Shown piece after piece: positions 11,401 to 25,005 of a DNA stretch of 64,000 bases. The notes beneath the pieces are model-generated. The model was not told the DNA's origin, ran no database searches, and was given only the letters and a program-made list of their open reading frames with translations. Every line of letters begins with the position of its first letter. The first letter of the stretch is position 1. Both the position numbers and the translations under genes were made by a program. The DNA is from Auanema rhodensis (taxonomy: Eukaryota; Animalia; Nematoda): the NCBI GenBank assembly GCA_964057225.1, contig OZ059896.1, positions 1,240,001 through 1,304,000 of the forward strand. Reading direction: 5' to 3'.

Positions 11401-14400
11401 AACGAAAAAATTAATTCTTCAGGGTGAAAATCGAGGATATAAGTGTGAACTTATATCAGTTGATATCTCGGTGCATTTTTAAGCTAGCGCAAATCTGATA
11501 ACACAGATCGACGCAGCTTAAAAATCCGCATCGAATGCATTATACTACATGGAGAAACGCTCATCACAAAAATTAGTTATGATCGTTTGAAAAATAATGC
11601 ATTAGTGTATCTTGAGTTTCCATGTACACTCAACATTGCTTCCAAAAACATTTTGACAAAATTTTTTCGAAAAATTTCAAAATAATTTCGCAAAAAGTAG
11701 ATGTTTTTAGATTCCTTTTTTTGAGGCAAAAACGATGGACAATGTTATTCAACGAAAAAATTAATTCTTCAGGGTGAAAATCGAGGATATAAGTGTAAAC
11801 TTATATCAGTTAATATCTCGGTGCATTTTTAAGCTAGCGCAAATCTGATAACATAGATCGACGCAGCTTAAAAGTCCGCATCGAATGCACTATACTACAT
11901 TAAGAAAAGCTTAATACAAAAATTAGTTATGATCGTTTGAAAAATGATGCATTAGTGTATGTTGAGTTTCCATGTACACTCAAAATTGCTTCCAAAAATA
12001 TTTTGACAAAAATTTTTTCGAAAAATTTCAAAATAATTTAGCAAAAAGTAGATGTTTTTAGATTCCTTCTTTCAAGGCAAAAACGATGGACAATGTTATT
12101 CAACGAAAAAATTAATTCTTCAGGGTGAAAATCGAGGATATAAGTGTGAACTTATATCAGTTGATATCTCGGTGCATTTTTAAGCTAGCGCAAATCTGAT
12201 AACACAGATCGACGCAGCTTAAAAATCCGCATCGAATGCATTATACTACATGGAGAAACGCTCATCACAAAAATTAGTTATGATCGTTTGAAAAATGATG
12301 CATTAGTGTATCTTGAGTTTCCATGTACACTCAACATTGCTTCCAAAAACATTTTGACAAAATTTTTTCGAAAAATTTCAAAATAATTTCGCAAAAAGTA
12401 GATGTTTTTAGATTCCTTTTTTTGAGGCAAAAACGATGGACAATGTTATTCAACGAAAAAATTAATTCTTCAGGGTGAAAATCGAGGATATAAGTGTAAA
12501 CTTATATCAGTTAATATCTCGGTGCATTTTTAAGCTAGCGCAAATCTGATAACATAGATCGACGCAGCTTAAAAGTCCGCATCGAATGCACTATACTACA
12601 TTAAGAAAAGCTTAATACAAAAATTAGTTATGATCGTTTGAAAAATGATGCATTAGTGTATGTTGAGTTTCCATGTACACTCAAAATTGCTTCCAAAAAC
12701 ATTTTGACAAAAATTTTTTCGAAAAATTTCAAAATAATTTAGCAAAAAGTAGATGTTTTTAGATTCCTTTTTTCGAGGCAAAAACGATGGACAATGTTAT
12801 TCAACGAAAAAAATAATTCTTCAGGGTGAAAATCGAGGATATAAGTGTGAACTTATATCAGTTGATATCTCGGTGCATTTTTAAGCTAGCGCAAATCTGA
12901 TAACACAGATCGAAGCAGCTTAAAAATCCGCATCGAATGCATTATACTACATGGAGAAACGCTCATCACAAAAATTAGTTATGATCGTTTGAAAAATGAT
13001 GCATTAGTGTATGTTGAGTTTCCATGTACACTCAACATTGCTTCCAAAAACATTTTGACAAAATTTTTTCGAAAAATTTCAAAATAATTTCGCAAAAAGT
13101 AGATGTTTTTAGATTCCTTTTTTTGAGGCAAAAACGATGGACAATGTTATTCAACGAAAAAATTAATTCTTCAGGGTGAAAATCGAGGATATAAGTGTGA
13201 ACTTATATCAGTTAATATCTCGGTGCATTTTTAAGCTAGCGCAAATCTGATAACATAGATCGACGCAGCTTAAAAGTCCGCATCGAATGCACTATACTAC
13301 ATTAAGAAAAGCTTAATACAAAAATTAGTTATGATCGTTTGAAAAATGATGCATTAGTGTATGTTGAGTTTCCATGTACACTCAAAATTGCTTCCAAAAA
13401 CATTTTGACAAAAATTTTTTCGAAAAATTTCAAAATAATTTAGCAAAAAGTAGATGTTTTTAGATTCCTTCTTTCAAGGCAAAAACGATGGACAATGTTA
13501 TTAAACGAAAAAATTAATTCTTCAGGACGAAAATCGAGGATATAAGTGTGAACTTATATCAGTTAATATCTCGGTGCATTTTTAAGCTAGCGCAAATCTG
13601 ATAACATAGATCGACGCAGCTTAAAAGTCCGCATCGAATGCACTATACTACATTAAGAAAAGCTTAATACAAAAATTAGTTATGATCGTTTGAAAAATGA
13701 TGCATTAGTGTATGTTGAGTTTCCATGTACACTCAAAATTGCTTCCAAAAACATTTTGACAAAAATTTTTTCGAAAAATTTCAAAATAATTTAGCAAAAA
13801 GTAGATGTTTTTAGATTCCTTCTCTCAAGGCAAAAACGATGGACAATGTTATTAAACGAAAAAATTAATTCTTCAGGACGAAAATCGAGGATATAAGTGT
13901 GAACTTATATCAGTTGATATCTCGGTGCATTTTTAAGCTAGCGCAAATCTGATAACACAGATCGACGCAGCTTAAAAGTCCGCATCGAATGCACTATACT
14001 ACATTAAGAAAAGCTTAATACAAAAATTAGTTATGATCGTTTGAAAAATGATGCATTAGTGTATGTTGAGTTTCCATGTACACTCAACATTGCTTCCAAA
14101 AACATTTTGACAAAATTTTTTCGAAAAATTTCAAAATAATTTCGCAAAAAGTAGATGTTTTTAGATTCCTTTTTTTGAGGCAAAAACGATGGACAATGTT
14201 ATTCAACGAAAAAAATAATTCTTCAGGGTGAAAATCGAGGATATAAGTGTGAACTTATATCAGTTGATATCTCGGTGCATTTTTAAGCTAGCGCAAATCT
14301 GATAACACAGATCGAAGCAGCTTAAAAATCCGCATCGAATGCATTATACTACATGGAGAAACGCTCATCACAAAAATTAGTTATGATCGTTTGAAAAATG

Positions 14401-17400
14401 ATGCATTAGTGTATGTTGAGTTTCCATGTACACTCAACATTGCTTCCAAAAACATTTTGACAAAATTTTTTCGAAAAATTTCAAAATAATTTCGCAAAAA
14501 GTAGATGTTTTTAGATTCCTTTTTTTGAGGCAAAAACGATGGACAATGTTATTCAACGAAAAAATTAATTCTTCAGGGTGAAAATCGAGGATATAAGTGT
14601 GAACTTATATCAGTTAATATCTCGGTGCATTTTTAAGCTAGCGCAAATCTGATAACATAGATCGACGCAGCTTAAAAGTCCGCATCGAATGCACTATACT
14701 ACATTAAGAAAAGCTTAATACAAAAATTAGTTATGATCGTTTGAAAAATGATGCATTAGTGTATGTTGAGTTTCCATGTACACTCAAAATTGCTTCCAAA
14801 AACATTTTGACAAAAATTTTTTCGAAAAATTTCAAAATAATTTAGCAAAAAGTAGATGTTTTTAGATTCCTTCTTTCAAGGCAAAAACGATGGACAATGT
14901 TATTAAACGAAAAAATTAATTCTTCAGGACGAAAATCGAGGATATAAGTGTGAACTTATATCAGTTAATATCTCGGTGCATTTTTAAGCTAGCGCAAATC
15001 TGATAACATAGATCGACGCAGCTTAAAAGTCCGCATCGAATGCACTATACTACATTAAGAAAAGCTTAATACAAAAATTAGTTATGATCGTTTGAAAAAT
15101 GATGCATTAGTGTATGTTGAGTTTCCATGTACACTCAAAATTGCTTCCAAAAACATTTTGACAAAAATTTTTTCGAAAAATTTCAAAATAATTTAGCAAA
15201 AAGTAGATGTTTTTAGATTCCTTCTCTCAAGGCAAAAACGATGGACAATGTTATTAAACGAAAAAATTAATTCTTCAGGACGAAAATCGAGGATATAAGT
15301 GTGAACTTATATCAGTTGATATCTCGGTGCATTTTTAAGCTAGCGCAAATCTGATAACACAGATCGACGCAGCTTAAAAGTCCGCATCGAATGCACTATA
15401 CTACATTAAGAAAAGCTTAATACAAAAATTAGTTATGATCGTTTGAAAAATGATGCATTAGTGTATGTTGAGTTTCCATGTACACTCAAAATTGCTTCCA
15501 AAAACATTTTGACAAAAATTTTTTCGAAAAATTTCAAAATAATTTAGCAAAAAGTAGATGTTTTTAGATTCCTTCTTTCAAGGCAAAAACGATGGGCAAT
15601 GTTATTCAACGAAAAAATTAATTCTTCAGGGTGAAAATCGAGGATATAAGTGTGAACTTATATCAGTTGATATCTCGGTGCATTTTTAAGCTAGCGCAAA
15701 TCTGATAACACAGATCGACGCAGCTTAAAAATCCGCATCGAATGCATTATACTACATGGAGAAACGCTCATCACAAAAATTAGTTATGATCGTTTGAAAA
15801 ATGATGCATTAGTGTATGTTGAGTTTCCATGTACACTCAACATTGCTTCCAAAAACATTTTGACAAAATTTTTTCGAAAAATTTCAAAATAATTTCGCAA
15901 AAAGTAGATGTTTTTAGATTCCTTTTTTTGAGGCAAAAACGATGGACAATGTTATTCAACGAAAAAATTAAATCTTCAGGGTGAAAATCGAGGATATAAG
16001 TGTGAACTTATATCAGTTAATATCTCGGTGCATTTTTAAGCTAGCGCAAATCTGATAACACAGATCGACGCAGCTTAAAAAACCGCATCGAATGCACTAT
16101 ATTACATTGAGAAAAGCTTAATACAAAAATTAGTTATGATCGTTTGAAAAATGATGCATTAGTGTATGTTGAGTTTCCATGTACACTCAACATTGCTTCC
16201 AAAAACATTTTGACAAAAATTTTTTCGAAAAATTTCAAAATAATTTAGCGAAAAGTAGATGTTTTTAGATTCCTTTTTTCAAGGCAAAAACGATGGACAA
16301 TGTTATTCAACGAAAAAATTAATTCTTCAGGGTGAAAATCGAGGATATAAGTGTGAACTTATATCAGATGATATCTAGGTGCATTTTTAAGCTAGCGCAA
16401 ATCTGATAACACAGATCGACGCAGCTTAAAAATCCGCATCGAATGCACTATATTACATTGAGGAAAGCTTGATACAAAAATTAGTTATGATCGTTTGAAA
16501 AATGATGCATTAGTGTATGTTGAGTTTCCATGTACACTCAAAATTGCTTCCAAAAACATTTTGACAAAAATTTTTTCGAAAAATTTCAAAATAATTTAGC
16601 AAAAAGTAGATGTTTTTAGATTCCTTCTTTCAAGGCAAAAACGATGGACAATGTTATTCAACGAAAAAATTAATTCTTCAGGGTGAAAATCGAGGATATA
16701 AGTGTGAACTTATATCAGTTGATATCTCGGTGCATTTTTAAGCTAGCGCAAATCTGATAACACAGATCGACGCAGCTTAAAAATCCGCATCGAATGCATT
16801 ATACTACATGGAGAAACGCTCATCACAAAAATTAGTTATGATCGTTTGAAAAATGATGCATTAGTGTATGTTGAGTTTCCATGTACACTCAACATTGCTT
16901 CCAAAAACATTTTGACAAAATTTTTTCGAAAAATTTCAAAATAATTTCGCAAAAAGTAGATGTTTTTAGATTCCTTTTTTTGAGGCAAAAACGATGGACA
17001 ATGTTATTCAACGAAAAAATTAATTCTTCAGGGTGAAAATCGAGGATATAAGTGTGAACTTATATCAGTTAATATCTCGGTGCATTTTTAAGCTAGCGCA
17101 AATCTGATAACACAGATCGACGCAGCTTAAAAGTCCGCATCGAATGCACTATACTACATTAAGAAAGGCTTAATACAAAAATTAGTTATGATCGTTTGAA
17201 AAATGATGCATTAGTGTATGTTGAGTTTCCATGTACACTCAAAATTGCTTCCAAAAACATTTTGACAAAAATTTTTTCAAAAAATTTCAAAAGATTTTAG
17301 CAAAAAGTAGATGTTTTTAGATTCCATTTTTAAAGGCAAAGACGATAGACAATGTTATTCAACGAAAAAATTAATTCTTCAGGGAGAAAATCGAGGATAT

Positions 17401-20400
17401 AAGTGTGAACTTATATCAGTTGATATCTCGGTGCATTTTTAAGCTAGCGCAAATCTGATAACACAGATCGACGCAGCTTAAAAATCCGCATCGAATGCAC
17501 TATATTACATTGAGGAAAGCTTAATACAAAAATTAGTTATGATTGTTTGAAAAATGATGCATTAGTGTATGTTGAGTTTCCATGTACACTCAAAATTGCT
17601 TCCAAAAACATTTTGACAAAAATTTTTTCGAAAAATTTCAAAATAATTTAGCAAAAAGTAGATGTTTTTAGATTCCTTCTTTCAAGGCAAAAACGATGGA
17701 CAATGTTATTCAACGAAAAAATTAATTCTTCAGGGAGAAAATCGAGGATATAAGTGTGAACTTATATCAGTTGATATCTCGGTGCATTTTTAAGCTAGCG
17801 CAAATCTGATAACACAGATCGACGCAGCTTAAAAATCCGCATCGAATGCACTATATTACATTGAGGAAAGCTTAATACAAAAATTAGTTATGATTGTTTG
17901 AAAAATGATGCATTAGTGTATGTTGAGTTTCCATGTACACTCAAAATTGCTTCCAAAAACATTTTGACAAAAATTTTTTCGAAAAATTTCAAAATAATTT
18001 AGCAAAAAGTAGATGTTTTTAGATTCCTTCTTTCAAGGCAAAAACGATGGACAATGTTATTCAACGAAAAAATTAATTCTTCAGGGTGAAAATCGAGGAT
18101 ATAAGTGTGAACTTATATCAGTTGATATCTCGGTGCATTTTTAAGCTAGCGCAAATCTGATAACACAGATCGACGCAGCTTAAAAATCCGCATCGAATGC
18201 ATTATACTACATGGAGAAACGCTCATCACAAAAATTAGTTATGATCGTTTGAAAAATGATGCATTAGTGTATGTTGAGTTTCCATGTACACTCAACATTG
18301 CTTCCAAAAACATTTTGACAAAATTTTTTCGAAAAATTTCAAAATAATTTCGCAAAAAGTAGATGTTTTTAGATTCCTTTTTTTGAGGCAAAAACGATGG
18401 ACAATGTTATTCAACGAAAAAATTAATTCTTCAGGGTGAAAATCGAGGATATAAGTGTGAACTTATATCAGATGATATCTAGGTGCATTTTTAAGCTAGC
18501 GCAAATCTGATAACATAGATCGACGCAGCTTAAAAGTCCGCATCGAATGCACTATACTACATGGAAAAACGCTCATCACAAAAATTAGTTATGATCGTTT
18601 GAAAAATGATGCATTAGTGTATGTTGAGTTTCCATGTACACTCAAAATTGCTTCCAAAAACATTTTGACAAAAATTTTTTCGAAAAATTTCAAAATAATT
18701 TAGCAAAAAGTAGATGTTTTTAGATTCCTTTTTTTGAGGCAAAAACGATGGACAATGTTATTCAACGAAAAAATTAATTCTTCAGGGTGAAAATCGAGGA
18801 TATAAGTGTGAACTTATATCAGTTAATATCTCGGTGCATTTTTAAGCTAGCGCAAATCTGATAACATAGATCGACGCAGCTTAAAAGTCCGCATCGAATG
18901 CACTATACTACATTAAGAAAAGCTTAATACAAAAATTAGTTATGATCGTTTGAAAAATGATGCATTAGTGTATGTTGAGTTTCCATGTACACTCAACATT
19001 GCTTCCAAAAACATTTTGACAAAATTTTTTCGAAAAATTTCAAAATAATTTCGCAAAAAGTAGATGTTTTTAGATTCCTTTTTTTGAGGCAAAAACGATG
19101 GACAATGTTATTCAACGAAAAAATTAATTCTTCAGGGTGAAAATCGAGGATATAAGTGTGAACTTATATCAGTTAATATCTCGGTGCATTTTTAAGCTAG
19201 CGCAAATCTGATAACACAGATCGACGCAGCTTAAAAGTCCGCATCGAATGCACTATACTACATTAAGAAAGGCTTAATACAAAAATTAGTTATGATCGTT
19301 TGAAAAATGATGCATTAGTGTATGTTGAGTTTCCATGTACACTCAAAATTGCTTCCAAAAACATTTTGACAAAAATTTTTTCAAAAAATTTCAAAAGATT
19401 TTAGCAAAAAGTAGATGTTTTTAGATTCCATTTTTAAAGGCAAAGACGATAGACAATGTTATTCAACGAAAAAATTAATTCTTCAGGGAGAAAATCGAGG
19501 ATATAAGTGTGAACTTATATCAGTTGATATCTCGGTGCATTTTTAAGCTAGCGCAAATCTGATAACACAGATCGACGCAGCTTAAAAATCCGCATCGAAT
19601 GCACTATATTACATTGAGGAAAGCTTAATACAAAAATTAGTTATGATTGTTTGAAAAATGATGCATTAGTGTATGTTGAGTTTCCATGTACACTCAAAAT
19701 TGCTTCCAAAAACATTTTGACAAAAATTTTTTCGAAAAATTTCAAAATAATTTAGCAAAAAGTAGATGTTTTTAGATTCCTTCTTTCAAGGCAAAAACGA
19801 TGGACAATGTTATTCAACGAAAAAATTAATTCTTCAGGGAGAAAATCGAGGATATAAGTGTGAACTTATATCAGTTGATATCTCGGTGCATTTTTAAGCT
19901 AGCGCAAATCTGATAACACAGATCGACGCAGCTTAAAAATCCGCATCGAATGCACTATATTACATTGAGGAAAGCTTAATACAAAAATTAGTTATGATTG
20001 TTTGAAAAATGATGCATTAGTGTATGTTGAGTTTCCATGTACACTCAAAATTGCTTCCAAAAACATTTTGACAAAAATTTTTTCGAAAAATTTCAAAATA
20101 ATTTAGCAAAAAGTAGATGTTTTTAGATTCCTTCTTTCAAGGCAAAAACGATGGACAATGTTATTCAACGAAAAAATTAATTCTTCAGGGTGAAAATCGA
20201 GGATATAAGTGTGAACTTATATCAGTTGATATCTCGGTGCATTTTTAAGCTAGCGCAAATCTGATAACACAGATCGACGCAGCTTAAAAGTCCGCATCGA
20301 ATGCACTATACTACATTAAGCAAAGCTTAATACAAAAATTAGTTATGATCGTTTGAAAAATGATGCATTAGTGTATGTTGAGTTTCCATGTACACTCAAA

Positions 20401-23400
20401 ATTGCTTCCAAAAACATTTTGACAAAAATTTTTTCGAAAAATTTCAAAATAATTTAGCAAAAAGTAGATGTTTTTAGATTCCTTTTTTCGAGGCAAAAAC
20501 GATGGACAATGTTATTCAACGAAAAAATTAATTCTTCAGGGTGAAAATCGAGGATTTAAGTGTGAACTTATATCAGTTGATATCTCGGTGCATTTTTAAG
20601 CTAGCGCAAATCTGATAACACAGATCGACGCAGCTTAAAAATCCGCATCGAATGCACTATATTACATTGAGGAAAGCTTAATACAAAAATTAGTTATGAT
20701 TGTTTGAAAAATGATGCATTAGTGTATGTTGAGTTTCCATGTACACTCAAAATTGCTTCCAAAAACATTTTGACAAAAATTTTTTCGAAAAATTTCAAAA
20801 TAATTTAGCAAAAAGTAGATGTTTTTAGATTCCTTCTTTCAAGGCAAAAACGATGGACAATGTTATTCAACGAAAAAATTAATTCTTCAGGGTGAAAATC
20901 GAGGATATAAGTGTGAACTTATATCAGTTGATATCTCGGTGCATTTTTAAGCTAGCGCAAATCTGATAACACAGATCGACGCAGCTTAAAAATCCGCATC
21001 GAATGCATTATACTACATGGAGAAACGCTCATCACAAAAATTAGTTATGATCGTTTGAAAAATGATGCATTAGTGTATGTTGAGTTTCCATGTACACTCA
21101 ACATTGCTTCCAAAAACATTTTGACAAAATTTTTTCGAAAAATTTCAAAATAATTTCGCAAAAAGTAGATGTTTTTAGATTCCTTTTTTTGAGGCAAAAA
21201 CGATGGACATTGTTATTCAACGAAAAAATTAATTCTTCAGGGTGAAAATCGAGGATATAAGTGTGAACTTATATCAGTTGATATCTCGGTGCATTTTTAA
21301 GCTAGCGCAAATCTGATAACATAGATCGACGCAGCTTAAAAGTCCGCATCGAATGCACTATACTACATGGAGAAACGCTCATCACAAAAATTAGTTATGA
21401 TCGTTTGAAAAATGATGCATTAGGGTATGTTGAGTTTCCATGTACACTCAAAATTGCTTCCAAAAACATTTTGACAAAAATTTTTTCGAAAAATTTCAAA
21501 ATAATTTAGCAAAAAGTAGATGTTTTTAGATTCCTTTTTTCGAGGAAAAAACGATGGACAATGTTATTCAACGAAAAAATTAATTCTTCAGGGTGAAAAT
21601 CGAGGATATAAGTGTGAACTTATATCGGTTGATATCTCGGTGCATTTTTAAGCTAGCGCAAATCTGATAACATAGATCGACGCAGCTTAAAAGTCCGCAT
21701 CGAAAGCACTATACTACATTAAGAAAAGCTTAATACAAAAATTATTTATGATCGTTTGAAAAATGATGCATTAGTGTATGTTGAGTTTCCATGTACACTC
21801 AAAATTGCTTCCAAAAACATTTTGACAAAAATTTTTTCGAAAAATTTCAAAATAATTTAGCAAAAAGTAGATGTTTTTAGATTCCTTTTTTCAAGGCAAA
21901 AACGATGGACAATGTTATTCAACGAAAAAATTAATTCTTCAGGGTGAAAATCGAGGATATAAGTGTGAACTTATATCAGATGATATCTAGGTGCATTTTT
22001 AAGCTAGCGCAAATCTGATAACACAGATCGACGCAGCTTAAAAATCCGCATCGAATGCACTATATTACATTGAGGAAAGCTTAATACAAAAATTAGTTAT
22101 GATCGTTTGAAAAATGATGCATTAGTGTATGTTGAGTTTCCATGTACACTCAAAATTGCTTCCAAAAACATTTTGACAAAAATTTTTTCGAAAAATTTCA
22201 AAATAATTTAGCAAAAAGTAGATGTTTTTAGATTCCTTCTTTCAAGGCAAAAACGATGGACAATGTTATTCAACGAAAAAATTAATTCTTCAGGGTGAAA
22301 ATCGAGGATATAAGTGTGAACTTATATCAGTTGATATCTCGGTGCATTTTTAAGCTAGCGCAAATCTGATAACACAGATCGACGCAGCTTAAAAATCCGC
22401 ATCGAATGCATTATACTACATGGAGAAACGCTCATCACAAAAATTAGTTATGATCGTTTGAAAAATGATGCATTAGTGTATGTTGAGTTTCCATGTACAC
22501 TCAACATTGCTTCCAAAAACATTTTGACAAAATTTTTTCGAAAAATTTCAAAATAATTTCGCAAAAAGTAGATGTTTTTAGATTCCTTTTTTTGAGGCAA
22601 AAACGATGGACAATGTTATTCAACGAAAAAATTAATTCTTCAGGGTGAAAATCGAGGATATAAGTGTGAACTTATATCAGTTAATATCTCGGTGCATTTT
22701 TAAGCTAGCGCAAATCTGATAACACAGATCGACGCAGCTTAAAAGTCCGCATCGAATGCACTATACTACATTAAGGAAAGCTTAATACAAAAATTAGTTA
22801 CGATCGTTTGAAAAATGATGCATTAGTGTATGTTGGATTTCCATGTACACTCAAAATTGCTTCCAAAAACATTTTGACAAAAATTTTTTCGAAAAATTTC
22901 AAAATAATTTAGCAAAAAGTAGATGTTTTTAGATTCCTTCTTTCAAGGCAAAAACGATGGACAATGTTATTCAACGAAAAAATTAATTCTTCAGGGTGAA
23001 AATCGAGGATATAAGTGTGAACTTATATCAGTTGATATCTCGGTGCATTTTTAAGCTAGCGCAAATCTGATAACACAGATCGACGCAGCTTAAAAATCCG
23101 CATCGAATGCATTATACTACATGGAGAAACGCTCATCACAAAAATTAGTTATGATCGTTTGAAAAATGATGCATTAGTGTATGTTGAGTTTCCATGTACA
23201 CTCAACATTGCTTCCAAAAACATTTTGACAAAATTTTTTCGAAAAATTTCAAAATAATTTCGCAAAAAGTAGATGTTTTTAGATTCCTTTTTTTGAGGCA
23301 AAAACGATGGACAATGTTATTCAACGAAAAAATTAATTCTTCAGGGTGAAAATCGAGGATATAAGTGTGAACTTATATCAGTTAATATCTCGGTGCATTT

Positions 23401-24897
23401 TTAAGCTAGCGCAAATCTGATAACACAGATCGACGCAGCTTAAAAGTCCGCATCGAATGCACTATACTACATTAAGGAAAGCTTAATACAAAAATTAGTT
23501 ACGATCGTTTGAAAAATGATGCATTAGTGTATGTTGAGTTTCCATGTACACTCAAAATTGCTTCCAAAAACATTTTGACAAAAATTTTTTCGAAAAATTT
23601 CAAAATAATTTAGCAAAAAGTAGATGTTTTTAGATTCCTTCTTTCAAGGCAAAAACGATGGACAATGTTATTCAACGAAAAAATTAATTCTTCAGGGTGA
23701 AAATCGAGGATATAAGTGTGAACTTATATCAGTTGATATCTCGGTGCATTTTTAAGCTAGCGCAAATCTGATAACACAGATCGACGCAGCTTAAAAATCC
23801 GCATCGAATGCATTATACTACATGGAGAAACGCTCATCACAAAAATTAGTTATGATCGTTTGAAAAATGATGCATTAGTGTATGTTGAGTTTCGATGTAC
23901 ACTCAACATTGCTTCCAAAAACATTTTGACAAAATTTTTTCGAAAAATTTCAAAATAATTTCGCAAAAAGTAGATGTTTTTAGATTCCTTTTTTTGAGGC
24001 AAAAACGATGGACAATGTTATTCAACGAAAAAATTAATTCTTCAGGGTGAAAATCGAGGATATAAGTGTGAACTTATATCAGATGATATCTAGGTGCATT
24101 TTTAAGCTAGCGCAAATCTGATAACACAGATCGACGCAGCTTAAAAATCCGCATCGAATGCATTATATTACATTGAGGAAAGCTTAATACAAAAATTAGT
24201 TATGATCGTTTGAAAAATGATGCATTAGTGTATGTTGAGTTTCCATGTACACTCAAAATTGCTTCCAAAAACATTTTGACAAAAATTTTTTCAAAAAATT
24301 TCAAAATAATTTAGCAAAAAGTAGATGTTTTTAGATTCCTTTTTTTGAGGCAAAAACGATGGACAATGTTATTCAACGAAAAAATTAATTCTTCAGGGTG
24401 AAAATCGAGGATATAAGTGTGAACTTATATCAGTTGATATCTCGGTGCATTTTTAAGCTAGCGCAAATCTGATAACATAGATCGACGCAGCTTAAAAGTC
24501 CGCATCGAATGCACTATACTACATGGAGAAACGCTCATCACAAAAATTAGTTATGATCGTTTGAAAAATGATGCATTAGTGTATGTTGAGTTTCCATGTA
24601 CACTCAAAATTGCTTCCAAAAACATTTTGACAAAAATTTTTTCGAAAAATTTCAAAATAATTTAGCAAAAAGTAGATGTTTTTAGATTCCTTTTTTCGAG
24701 GCAAAAACGATGGACAATGTTATTCAACGAAAAAATTAATTCTTCAGGGTGAAAATCGAGGATATAAGTGTGAACTTATATCAGTTGATATCTCGGTGCA
24801 TTTTTAAGCTAGCGCAAATCTGATAACATAGATCGACGCAGCTTAAAAGTCCGCATCGAAAGCACTATACTACATTAAGAAAAGCTTAATACAAAAA

Positions 24898-25005
24898 TTA
24901 GTTATGATCGTTTGAAAAATGATGCATTAGTGTATGTTGAGTTTCCATGCTTAAAAGTCCGCATCGAATGCACTATACTACATGGAGAAACGCTCATCAC
25001 AAAAA
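24898..25005. repeat. Truncated 108-bp monomer (internal deletion, junction CCAT-G-CTTAAAAG), copy 1
   Basis: Monomer starts fall at 24898 and 25006. The sequence jumps from ...GAGTTTCCATG directly to CTTAAAAGTCCGC at ~24949. Confidence 0.95.

Larger units (their letters stand above)
1..15800. repeat. Array sub-domain A (variants ATTAAACG+CAGGACG, GTATCTTG, GTGTAAAC, AAAAAATAATTC+CGAAGC)
   Basis: These variants recur between ~2.5 and 15.3 kb (e.g. CAGGACG near 3710, 6515, 6866, 10722, 13528, 15280) and I did not see them downstream. The boundary is approximate. Confidence 0.8.
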
